A DNA stretch of 64,000 bases from Marsupella aquatica (Eukaryota; Plantae; Marchantiophyta). Location of the stretch: contig OZ316896.1 in assembly GCA_973895155.1 (NCBI GenBank), positions 17,720,754-17,784,753 on the forward strand, written 5' to 3'. The stretch's first letter is position 1, and each line of letters opens with the position of its first letter. A program made the position numbers and the translations under genes. The notes below the pieces were generated by a model. It was not told where the DNA came from and made no database searches. It saw only the letters and a list, made by a program, of their open reading frames with translations. Of this stretch, positions 13,411-25,900 are shown one piece after another.

Positions 13411-14157
13411 CTGCTATCATGTTTGGAATTCTCGCTCAGAGTCTGTGCAACTGGGCAGACGTGAAGGCGATTGCTACAAAGTCCGCTTTGCATTTCATTG
13501 ATAGAGTCTCTCTTCCGACCTCTCTGACCCTGTACACTGATGAAGAAGAGTGGTCCAGCTGGAGGAAGAATGGCGACGAGGTCCTCCATGGAATGGACCA
13601 ATTTTTCGCTACTGCCCCTTCCTCTGCTAATACGTCAGCAACATTGAAGCTCTCTCTACCTCCTATCAAATTGTTTGTCCGAGGCCAATCCCTCCCTCAG
13701 GTTAGATTTCATTTGTACGCGTCTTTTTATCACGGTTTCGACAGACAATGGGATGAAATTGGGGTGAATTCAAATATAGACTCAGTTGCCATTCTAACTG
13801 GTGGACAGTGTTGGACACAGACGTTTTTGGACAGACAACTGGATGAAAATTGTGTGAATTATTCAACTGCATTCTCGGCTGCCATTCAAACTGGTGGATA
13901 CTATTGGACACACAGAGAGTGCCAAAGATTTAACTCATAAGGTTATATGTCCTCCTATTGGTTCTTCGCAGGCAGAAGGTGGTCTGTGTTCGATAACCTT
14001 CAATCTTACATGCGTGGTGCGTGCATGAGACCCCCAGAAGCCATTATTGATAGCTCCTGCAATGAACACGTTAATGTGGCCAGGACGATCCGTTCACAAG
14101 GCGTCAGTTGATCCTGCCCAAGATCGCGGTATTACTCTAATCTCCCCTATTGGAAGG
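13411..14157 (+). pseudogene. HAL3: HAL3 / phosphopantothenoylcysteine decarboxylase (PPCDC) pseudogene fragment
   Basis: AAIMFGILAQSLCNWADVKAIATKSALHFIDRVSLPTSLTLYTDEEEWSSWRKNGDEVLH and, in a second exon from 13972, AEGGLC..LTCVVRA*DPQKPLLIAPAMNTLMW..GITLISPI match plant HAL3 motifs. There is an in-frame TGA at 14026-14028 plus indels; the IELRRWAD segment and the C-terminal LACGD catalytic Cys region are missing. Confidence 0.88.
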
Positions 14158-17113
14158 AATACTTATTATGGGGCAGAGCTAAAAGGCAACATTTCCGGAA
14201 GGTCGTATCGACGAGATGGGCTGTACATTTTTTCCTTGAAGAGGGAATTCTCATCATCATTCCTTGTTGCAGCCATACTCGTGAGTCTTCATTGGATGAT
14301 ATGGTTCGAAAGTGCCGTTCCCGAAGAGCCTGCACAGTCCTTGATAAACTGCCGTGTGATGACGATGTTTATTAGCGAGTTTTACTGGCCAAACTCTACC
14401 ATCTCTCTATTGGTTTCTTGCTTGTCCTTCGTGCTATCATTATCTTTACCGTTGACGTTAAGTTGATTGTTGCAATAAACTCAATTCAATATATTTCGGT
14501 TGTGGAACTACTGCAAACCCACGTACACGCATGTGGAGAGGAGAGGCACTGGTCCATGATAAAGTTTCGCAGACGCTACTGCAATTGCATTTGCTTTAAA
14601 GGTGCAAGTTTCATCAAATATTTCAAGCATGGAAATAGTTTGACATGAGGTACATTGATGTCTCTCCGGGGTAATGATAAAAGAAACAAAAATAAGGTAG
14701 ACAACGTGCATGTAAATCCGTCATAAGAAAAATGCAAGTGATCATATTCTTTAGTCGAGATAGTTACCAACTGTAACAGACTTAAGCTTGGGTTCTCAAG
14801 CTCGCAAACCTGTACACTAAGTATTCTGCTCGAAACTGTCACATCTTGTCCTCCTCTAATACTCCTTCGAGTTGGCTGTAAACTCCATAGACCTGAAAGA
14901 AGGCGTTTCTTCAAGGTTCACGATATATGTGTCAACACCGGTGGACCTCCTGTTTTTCATCCTAGACCGTTTGGGAGATCCCCACTAGTGCAATTTGTAT
15001 GGTCGCATGAAAAAGGGGTCATCGTTTCTTGACTTCTCGAGAAATGTGAACAAGTGGCATGAATCATACGCAGTGGCATGCGTTCGCGATCCTCTTCAAG
15101 GAGAACATCCTATGTGTCAGGTGGAAAGCCAATTGACTCCTAGGGCTCGCAGTGTATGACTGAGGGATTGATACGTATTACAGACGATCTTCATCTATTC
15201 TGCATATCAAGCTCCTTGCATAGGGAAAAGTCAGAATAAGTAGCTTTGGACGTATATGGACATTCCCCCTCATCTCAACTCTCGGTGTGTTAGCTTCCAT
15301 TCTCCCGCATTCAGGATTGTAACGTGTTTTCACAGAGATGCCAGTTGTATGGCTTCAGACTACAGTATTGCTTGCGAGGCAGAGGTTATGCTTAACGATT
15401 AATCAGTTAGGACGGGTCCATTTCAGTCCTCGTGCAAGTCAATTATTCCTCCCTTCCATGGACTGTAGCTAATGAGAAGCCCTAGACTAGAGATACAAAT
15501 TGAGACTATGCAACTGCATGCGTATCGGAAGTTGATAATAAACCGTAATTACCGGGGCAGAGTTGCATCCTCTGTGCTTTCTAACAGACAGCCCATTTGC
15601 ACCTCTTGTTGTTCTTTTAAGCATTCTGGTTTCTGTCGCTATTTGAATCCACTCAATACAAAATTTGCCCAAAATTTTGTATATTTTTTCAATTGTACGT
15701 TTGAGATTAACGCAAGAAAATTTCATTTCTGTCGCTGGATTGTCTCATTTTTACCCTTGTAAGTGGTGCAAATGTCTCACGAATATTTGAGATACATGTA
15801 TTGCCATTTGTAGGTACCCTATAAATATAATGCAATAGACTTATCAAGAATACTCTTTAAAATAATGTGCATTGTCCTAACTCGAGCTCAACGACGTTTG
15901 ATTTCTCATGGACTATCAAACTGGTGGGCCCCAGAAGTCTTCGCAATAAAGGAAACCAGAAGCAAGCACAGTAGATCGAGGGTCAAAAAGGTGGGGCCCC
16001 AGAAGACTTTGGAGGGAAGCAAACAGCAGGAGACATGCATAATTATTGCGGATCCAGAACAGTGAAGACAGTGAAGTGATGGATCGAATGGGTGATAATT
16101 CTACTGTGGTAAGCTACAGACTCGATGATTCTGGCCAAACAAGAAAATCGAGATTGGGGAAGCACAACAATGCTTGCCTCTCGGGCTTTGTCCCCCTCTG
16201 TGGATTGCAAATGGCAGAAACTTTATGCTAACGGCTACAAAAGTCAGCTAAAATTGAAAGGCATTAAGAAACACTCCTGTGACTCGCTAGCCATACTCCT
16301 CATTAGCAAAATTCCTGTCTATCCCATTATACAAAATCTTGGACAGGAAGGGGTGAGCTTTTTTTTTATCTTGATGTATAGTACTAGCTGTGAATGTGGG
16401 ATTGAGTGAAACCCTACAGCAGCTGTCGGGAACTTTGGTTCCTCTTTGGCCAGTGAAAGAGAAAACCGATGGATCTACTCGACTCTACTTATTCTAGGAG
16501 AATCTCATTTTAAATGAAATGCATTTGTATCACACATTACATATAACGCTCACACACTTAAAAATTAAAGAATTGCAATCCCATGCAGGAGCAAGACCGT
16601 TTAATAATTTTAGATTGACTCTACTTAATTGAGGAGAATTTGATTCTAAATGAAATGCATTTGGATCATAGATTGTAGTCTCACACTTAAAAATTAAAGA
16701 ATTGAAATCCCAGGAGCAAGATCTTTTAATTCTTTTAGATGGACTTCATGTATCACCGAACCGCAATCCCAGGAGCAAGATCTTTAATTCTTTTAGATGG
16801 ACTTCATGTATCACCGAACCTGCGAATACTCACAGCATGCTTTACATACCTTGCCAAATAGTGACACTAAATTTCTCCATTCAATCTGCATAATTGATAT
16901 CGAGATTGATATACTGTGCAGTAAGTTGAGACGTCCCCGAAAGTTAGCAATGCTGAAACAAATTCTGACCTACAGAGGGTTCCTCCCAACGAACCTTCTC
17001 CAGCAGGAAGCAGTGCCAGGAATTGACAGTAATAAACAACAGATCGAACGTGGCCCTCAGGAGGCCTTGAGGTACACTTGTTCTACCCACAAGCTTCAAG
17101 AACCAGCACTATC

Positions 17114-17120
17114 TATAAAT
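17114..17120 (+). promoter_or_regulatory. TATA box of DJ-1/PfpI copy 3
   Basis: TATAAAT ~115-120 nt upstream of ATG 17234. Confidence 0.55.
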
Positions 17121-17233
17121 CCAGCCATCTCCATCTGGGATCCTCATTGTCCTTCAATATCCCTCTTCTAGTCTACTCTTTACACGAGCAGATCAAAGCT
17201 TGCCACTTCTCTGAAAATCCGACACTCACAATC

Positions 17234-18061
17234 ATGGCACCCCCGCTACTAATCGGCGTCATGCTTGAAGCCGTCCAGGTGAGCGACATTGCCTGCATTG
17301 ACATCATCGGCAACATATCCACCGACTCGGTCAAAGCACTCGAAGAATTCTCACCGCCCGGCTTCTCGGACATCAAGGCCAACGCCGTTGCCATGGTCTT
17401 CCACTACATTTCGTCTTCTCTCTCCCCCACCTTCGTGACCCCGTCGATAACCATTGTGCCCACCGTGACCTACGACTCCTGCCCTCGCGACCTCGACATC
17501 CTCATCATTGGCGGCCCGCTGCCGTCGCATCGCCCGAAGGGTGCCGACAGGTTCCTGAAAGAGGCGTTTGGTGTCGATGGCAAGGGAGAGGCAGGCAAGA
17601 GGGTGAAGACGGTCCTGACGACGTGTTCTGGGAGCATGTGGCTTGCAAGTTCCGGGGCGCTGGATGGGAAGCGCGCGACGACGAATCGTTTGGCTTTGCC
17701 AATGGCGAGGAACTTGTATCCCAAGGTGCAGTGGGTAGATCAGAGGTGGGTGGTGCACGAGGATGGAGATGGGAGGTTCTGGACGAGTGGAGGGGCGATG
17801 GCGGGTGAGTTTTGTGACTTGATGTCTGAGTCTGTTTTGCTTTTCGTGCGTGATTGTTTTTTTTTCTCGACGAGTCGAAATTGACCTTCGGAACGGGATC
17901 GAGGATGTCCAGATATCACGACTGACGTTATTTGTGTCTCTATAGGAAATGATATGGTGGCGCATTACGCGTTGCAGACTTTTAATAAGGCGATGGTGGC
18001 GTCTTCACTCGAGGAGTTGGATTTGGATCCTGATACGAGAGGACAGTATTACCGGTCTTGA
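17234..18061 (+). CDS. DJ-1/PfpI protein, copy 3; exons 17234-17804 and 17946-18061, 228 aa
   Basis: Same motifs (TTCSGS, DGKRATTN, FWTSGGAMAG), same exon lengths (571+116 nt) and same intron position as copy 2. Confidence 0.9.
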
Positions 18062-21000
18062 GCTCCAATGCACGCGAACTCTATGGCTAGTCTTTGCTAG
18101 TTTGAGTTGAGATACCGAGTGCAACGCGAAATAGCGCATTACAGCAGCTAGCCCGAAATTCATTGTGTCGGGGGTAGTTGTATAGGCAAATGCTCATCAA
18201 TAATTAGTAGTGGATTTCGTGCTTTTCACACTTCAATTTAATTCAACGTTGTATTTTCGTCTATAATCTGCGAAGAAAAAATCATATTCTACACGTGAAA
18301 GTGAAGAGCTTGTCTTCCCGATTTTAGCGCCGCCCCAAGGGAAGAAAACCTTACAGTTTACTTACCTGCGCAGAGCGCCTTCGCATTTTCCAAAGCCCAT
18401 GCAAAAAAGTGATGATAATGGTCTCGGAGCGAGCTCCATGTTCGGTAGTTATACCATTGCTTCTAAAAACATATCTACCTTCAGTCTCTGAAATTGGCTT
18501 CGGCGAGAGGACCGGGGTCCCATTTCAAAAGGTTTCGCAAATTGGGAATCCTTCCTATCATAATACGTAAGGTCTCTATTGAAGGTTGAATTGTTCTCAC
18601 AGGAGAAGATACATTTAAATGGTGCGCGCGGAGCTGAGAGGAAGGATGGACACAGTGGACTATGATGCCCAGTTGTCAGAAACTAAGAAACTCTACTGAG
18701 AATCCGCGTGTACGCCCGCTAATGAATCTGCTGAAAGTAGTTTTCCCTTCGAACTCAACGAATTACACAATTCCTTTATCTGCGCAGAGCCCCTAAACAT
18801 TTTCACCAAACCCATCAAATTAATTAAGGCTAGGCGTTGATCAAGGTTCGATCGAGGACGTTGTTGGTTCAGACGAAGGTTCAGATGCCGTGAAGGCTTA
18901 CAATCAAGACTCAATGGTTGGTTGTATCTTTTCATGCAAGACCAAAACCGAACTACGTACAAGGGGTGATGATGGCTACTCAAGATCTTCGCAAGCATGC
19001 TGGAGCATCACTGCAGTTCTAAATGCTGCTCAGTGCGCACTTCAAGTTCACTAAACACTTTCCACAGAAGTAAAAAGCTAGTTAACATGTAACTAGAGTA
19101 CTTCACAAAAGTATGGATGTGTTTCTCCAATATAGCGAAGTGCCCTGAGGCAATGCAGAATGTTGAAGCTCTGACAGCCAGAAGTGATTCGAATTGAAAG
19201 AGAACAAACTTTAGGGTGGCTTACGAGACCGAGCGGAACACGTTGAGGCGGCCTAGCTACTCCAGCGATTTGCCTTCCTTCTCAGTGGACTACTGACCTC
19301 CTGTTACTACTGTTCTCTCCCAAATCACCTTTCAACGCGAATTCCTATAATATGATTTTGCGTTATTGACTGGATTGGGAAGACTATTGATTGTCAACTC
19401 GCAAGTGATTCCTTCGCTACTCGAATTGAATTTGACTCTGTCTGTCTGTACTCCAGCAACGAGACGGATGCCATACTTCGAATCTCAAGGTCGAACAGAA
19501 ACTATAAAAAAACCATTTGATTTCTGGATAAAGCACACTGCAAACGCAAAACGAGACCCTTCCGAGAGAGCGACATACAGATGCCAATCTGGACGAGAAC
19601 TTGTTACCAGATCAGCTTTAGAGCGAACTACTGATTCCAGCTCGCAAGTGATTCTTTCAGTTGCTCTCGACTTAAAGTTGAGGTGGTAATTGAGGTTCGA
19701 TTTCTCGACGCACCTCAGTGCTCGTTTAGGAATTGTCTACTTATTGTTGTGTTCTTTGTATCTGAACTTCACGAGAAAGGGTTCATTCTTGGAACCAATT
19801 CGGATGTCACGCAGTAAAAGGAATAAAAGAACGTTGTCACGCACTAAAATGGAATATAAGAACATTTGGGAAGAAATCTCCTTGGTCAATTAGAGAAAAA
19901 CATATCCGTCCTGATTATATAGAAATTCAGATTACTAACCAAAATTTTGTAAAAATACAAAATATTCATATATGATTTTTATAAAGTAGAATAAATCCAA
20001 CCTCAATTACCTAACTTAAAGCTGGGATAGACACAAACGTTTGAGAAAAAACCCCGATAGACAAACACAACCTGGATGAACACAAAACAAACTTAAGATT
20101 GTGCTTGTATAACATGCTTTTCACTTGTGCTCCAATGGTGACCTTAAGGAGCTGTCGGACCAGGAGCAGGAGGTTTTTGGTTGTTCCTTCCCATAGTCTA
20201 TCCAGGCACCTCAACTTGATATCTAAAAAGTTAACTAAATTAATTCCCAGGAAAAAGGGAACCTTAAAAATGTAGAAATCCTCATCATTTCAGACCAAGG
20301 GATGACTCCAAAATTTGTGTTAGTGCAACTAAATTTAGGAGTCAGTGGTGGCCATACTCCCCACTATTAGCTCCACCCACATTTTCTTTCCTAAAACAAT
20401 CCAATGGCTTCAATAGGGAGTGTCAAACAAGAAACCATAACCTAGATACAGCCATAAAATAAATTATTTTATGGCTAGGATGTAAGGAGTTGCACCCTCC
20501 TTAAATACGAACCCCATAGAATTTTATATCTAAGAAGTTTCAGCCCATAATATAACTTTGCTTACGCCCAAATGCTCGTTACTACTTCTCTATCCCTGGT
20601 TGACTAACAGCGTTGACGGCAAACTCATCCCATCACAGGGCACAATCCAAAATTTGGAACTGTTCACTCAGGATGGTGGGCATTGTCTACTAGTTTGTAA
20701 TTCCTGTCCAGAAGAAAGGTTACCAGTGTGTAACTGTTTCTACTAGATGTTACCATTTCCATAAAGCATGTTCATTATAGCATGTTCTTTCTAAGACACA
20801 GCTATTTTAATTTATTTTAACTTATCGGAAAAAATTTCCATAACCCTGTGCCCGGAAAAATCTTAATCCAAAGTCTTACTCTTTAATATTTTTTCCAGAT
20901 TGGTATATATTACTAGCCTCTAACCCCGTGAGTAGAAAATTAAGGGGGTCCAGCAATCTACCTGGGTGATAGCTAAGCAAAGTGGACTTCAATTATTATT

Positions 21001-21192
21001 ATTTTATTTTATTTTATTTTTATTTATTTATTTTGGGGGGGGGGGGTGAAAGTGCTCTTAAGGTGTCTGCCATGCCTATTTTTCTGGATATAATAAGTTT
21101 TCCCTCTTCTCTAAACCCTTCCCTCATTTAAAGAAGACACCTGTCTGCCTAGCATATCTCTCATTCTCACTTCTCCAGCGTACAGTAGTCTA

Positions 21193-21791
21193 TCTCTAAG
21201 TGCACACTCCCACAAAGAAGTATCCAGTTTGCATTTCAAGCTGATTTACACTACGTGATAAGTGCAAAATATGGGAATTGTGCATTTCTCAATAAGAGCT
21301 ACTGTGTCTCCATTTGCAATGGGCCCCTCTATCAGTGAGACATTCTCATGACTCCCACTCTAAATTGTATCATTATCACTACCCTAAACCTGATCCCCTA
21401 CCCCATAAGTGCAATTTCTACTCTATGTAAAATGTCTACACTCAATAATCAGTGTAAGAGCATTGTCTTTACCGATAGGCACTATTCTACATTTACAGAG
21501 GGTTTGCACTTATACAATTGTGGTTTAGTGTAATTTTTTGGCCATTTTGCACTTTTAAAAAACTAAACAGTGTAAGTCGAGAGCATTGTGCCCTCACCAA
21601 TAGGCACTCTTGTACATTTAGAGACGGTTTTCACTTATAGGACTGTTGTTTGTTGTAATTTTTTGGCCTCTTTGCACTTTTAAAAATTGCTAAAAAAATG
21701 GTCAAAAAGTGCGAATGATGAGGAGAAAAGGGAAAAACCAGGCGCCTTGCAGTTAGCTAGGGTTTTCACTTATGGAGTGTGCACTTAGAGA
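21193..21791. mobile_element. MITE-like element with 18-bp terminal inverted repeats
   Basis: TCTCTAAGTGCACACTCC (21193-21210) and GGAGTGTGCACTTAGAGA (21774-21791). Non-coding, with an internal ~120-bp tandem duplication (~21450-21690). It lies in sequence absent from block A. No clear TSD. Confidence 0.65.
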
Positions 21792-22921
21792 GAGCCTTGG
21801 TCCCACACTAAGAGAAACACTCATTCTGTATCCAGAGCTGCACTCCGCCATTGTTTAGAGGACTCGGGACTAGTGAGCTACAAGCAAGCGGATTGTCTCC
21901 GCGATTTTTGCCGCTCCGCCATATGCAAATCCAATTTTGAAAGTGAAATACATGAAGATCGTCGGGCAGGACTTCGCAGTGATTAGCTCGCGGCAGTGGC
22001 AAAAGCTCGACCCGATTTTCGATCCGCCTCGTGCTCCCGTTCTCCCTTTTGCAGCTGCAATTGAAAGCCGGGGTCGAGAGGATCAGTCGACAAGCTTCAA
22101 AGGCGAAGCGCCGCGGTTTTGAGCTCGCAGAGCGAGAGAGCGGAGCTGGACGCAAACTACACAAGTACAGTAACATGTATGTCTGCCTCATCGCACCTGG
22201 AATGAATCCTGTCCTTCTGATCTATCCATTGATGGACTGGACTCTTTTCTTGCGTTTGCCCTCGTCAATTTTCATTTGGAGTGATGATTTTCTTTGTGTT
22301 CTACAAACTCCTCTGCTGAGTGAAATTCTGGAATGTCGTGGTTGATGCTAGTACACCAACATCAAACGTAGGTTGGTGTGTGTGTGTGTGTGCGTGTGAA
22401 AATTTGATCTCATGTCCCTCGGTGCAATTGGCCTGCTATACTTTATCTCTTCCACCACAGCTGGCTCTCAGCTTCATTTCGTAGAGCAGGAACAGAGGTG
22501 CGACCTGGCCAGCTGACTGGCTGGCTTGCTTGCTGCCTAGGGTCCAGAAATTCGATTTTTTGTCTGGCAGATACTCTTGTTTTGCCTTGAGGTTGGTGAT
22601 TCTAGGAGATGCAAATAATTGTCTTGTTGGGCCTACATTGCGCGCTGAGCATGTGAGACAGTTGATAACAAACTCCATCTGGCCTTTGTTATCCTCTTGG
22701 ACTTTTAATTGATGTATTCGTTGTGAGCCTCTCTGAAATAGCATTTCTATCAATATGGCTCCAATTGTTTTCTTTTCTGATTTCCAGTTGTTTGAAATTT
22801 AAGCGTGTGGATCGCTGAATTACGGTGAATCCTGTGAGCTTGTGAAAGGAATCAATAACGCTCTAGCTCTTTTCTATTTGGAATTCGACCCAGGTAATTC
22901 TGCATCTTCTCTTTGAACGAG

Positions 22922-25900
22922 ATGGTTAGGCGCAAACAGCCCAGGCCGACGAGGCCTACAAGGCCGAATGAAGCAGGTAAGGATCCCACCTCACCACCAA
23001 TCATACGTGATTCGGGTTGTTCTATATCCTTTGCACCCACGTTGTGCAAACACCAGAGAGTATTGCACTATTCTACCAGGTAGAAGCGACGTAATTACTG
23101 TCGGCGATTTCTCACGTTGATCTGTGAGCTAACGTGCAATTCAGTTGAGTTCAATTCCAATTCCATTCAAAACATTGTCTATGCAAACTTCCTGCAGGTA
23201 ACGAGGAAGAGCAGATAGATCGCCCAGCAAAGCGACCTCGGAAACCATTTTCCTCGGAGGCTGTAGAAGTGACATGGAGAAACGTTCTCGTACCCGAAGT
23301 AAGTAGCGAGGATGCCAAAGATGTCGCTGAAATTAATTTGCAGGTTCATACTCCTACAACTGGGTTCGCGGAGCTTACACAGGATGAGAAAGAGGACGCA
23401 ACACTGAGGGTTAGGGTACAGCTGGCATTGGAAGCAAAGGTCAAGTTTGGGGGTCTGCACAAGATTTCAAAGCAGGATCTCAGGGTTCAGGTTCTGCTTT
23501 ATCCCAAGTCGGCAACTACTTTGGCCAATGTTCCCGATGCGCTTAATCTCGCCGATGGTTCAACTCGGGAGATAAACCAGGATTCCGAAAATTTTAAAGT
23601 CCTGATTTCTGGCGAAGTAGATGGTCCGGATGCTGTTGTTTCCGCGCTGGCTTACTTGATCCGTCTAGAATACATTATTTTAAGGCCGGCGCCTTGTTTG
23701 ACTTGTGATTCATCCTCCAGTCACAACCTTTCTGGTAGGTTGCGGGTGCTCATCAGCAAAAAGGCCTTCTTCAGTTCTGACAGCTTAGGTAGTAAACCGT
23801 CATTTTTGAAGAGGGCGATGCAGAAGGTATTGTTTTGGCTAAGGCCAGAGGTGGTATCTCCAACAAGGGTTAGGAGTTTTTATAAATACGATGAAGAAAT
23901 TACAGAAAACTTTGGAAGACTTATCGAAGAGACTGGATCCGGCAAGCAGCATGTCTTTGACCCCTCGGCCCTCTATGATGCAGTCAAACCATCTTGGTAA
24001 GTATGCAATGCCCTTCCCCTTGTTGGCATATTTTGTTCTAGGCCTAACTACTGTAGGCATCAAATCCGATAGAGCATTTCGGAGATGAGGTTGATTATTA
24101 AGTGACGATCTGTAAAACCATTGTTTCTGCCCGACAAGCTGTAGAAGAAGTGCAGGAAAGCTGTGTATAGTAGATAGATCTGTGTGTCCGTTGCTAGAGA
24201 GTGTCTTAAAAGTGCACTGAAACGGTGGAACCATCTTGATTTTGTGCTTGTGACCACTCTGTCTTCTAACGCACATATGTTTTCGAATGCCCAGGACTGA
24301 ACCTGTTCTGAATGTGAGTTTCCCTGAGCTACTTCCAAACCTAAGACCCTACCAACGTCGTGCAGCATTCTGGATGGTGCATCGTGAAAGAGGTTTTGGT
24401 GCAAGAGTTGGGACCCACCCGAACACTTCTGACAAGGGTACAGACGCTATGAGCAATCATCGGCGTCCAACAACGTCTGCGGTGAGTGGGACAACGAGGG
24501 GCTTTTCACACGAGCACCCTTTGTGGTTCTCATTGCTGCCTCTGGATGGTTCAGCCGACTTCTTCTTCAATCCCTACACGTACTGTTCTCCTACACCTTT
24601 AGTGACCCACAGAAGTCAACAAAGCAATATTCTTTTCAGTGGTCATTTTTTGCTATGCTCTATTGGATCTTTTTATTTTCTTCACTCTCAAATTGGCTGT
24701 TTCCGCAAATGATGTGAATTCCAGACAAAATAGCAGTTAGATATACATCTCACTGTTTCCAAACCTTACGCTGCAGGGGTGCTGTGTCCTTGGAGCCTCA
24801 TGATTTCGTGGCATATGTCAAGGGTGGTATTCTTGCAGGTATGATGTCGACGTTTCATGCTTAGCTCTTTTAAGGAATTAGTCTCAGAAATTCATTGGTG
24901 CAACCGAGTTATTCACTCCCACTGCACCTAGAAGGCTTTGCACTCTGTTGTTTAACTTCTACACGTACGTCCACTGGACGTCGTATTTGCCACTCATCAC
25001 ATTCTAATCTTTCTTGGTCAAGATTTGCATTCTTTTGTGTAGTTTTGCTGCCGCAGAAAGTTTTCGAATTGAATTCGTCGAAGTCTTTCTCATAAGATGT
25101 GCCCTCAATTGTGCAGATGAGATGGGTCTGGGAAAGACTATTGAGGTACTGGCCTGCATTATAGCAAATCCTTACAAGGATTTGTCTGCACCAAGTGCTG
25201 CAGAAGCGGCGAGAATACTTCTGCAGGACACACTAGCAAAACGCAAACGGGAAAGAGTAGAATGTGCTTGCGGTTCTACAGATGATGAGGAGGAATACAC
25301 ATACCCTTGGGTGCAGTGTGATGTTTGTGATGCATGGCAGCATTCAACATGTGTGGGTATTGCCCTCTCTGCTGAGCAAAAACGCCAGTGTCGCAAAGAA
25401 AATACAAGCACAGGCAAGAGGTTGACTGTGGATAAAGAGGACAAATTCTTCTGTGGCGCATGTGCTGAGATAATTGGGAGCGTTGAAGTAGCTGGAGACT
25501 GCAGAGCCACATTAGTTGTTTGCCCAACAACTATCTTACAGCAATGGCAGGATGAAATCGTTCGGTCAGTCTTTAACCATTTCCTGTCTCTTCATTCTCT
25601 AAAACGCTTTTTGGAGCCAGGGTTTTTGTCGCTAAAACTATAAGTCCTCTGGCATGCAGTAGAATATGTAGAGCTCCTCATCTTACGGGTTGTGAATTGT
25701 TACTGCTGCATACTTTGTTTGAATGTGGCGCTTGGTAAAGCCATGGCTTCTACCATCATTGTCGGGGAATTGATAGCACTAAGGTATTGTGTTGCAGACA
25801 CACAAGACCCGGGTGTTTGCGGGTGATCGTTTATGAAGGTGTTGAAAAGGGAGCTTTTGTGGTAACGGATGGTAAGGAGGTTGGATCAGACAATAATAGG

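Larger units (their letters stand above)
15900..22787 (+). repeat. Segmental duplication block B (DJ-1 copy 3 plus flanks), with a ~1.9-kb insertion at ~19920-21840
   Basis: Direct homology to block A. Also 15920-17234 is the inverted homolog of ~525-2210 upstream of copy 1. Confidence 0.8.

Noticed and set aside
13650-13940. C-terminal half of ORF 13374-13940 as a novel HAL3 fusion
   Set aside because: Read-through into the intron; HAL3 homology resumes after the acceptor at 13971
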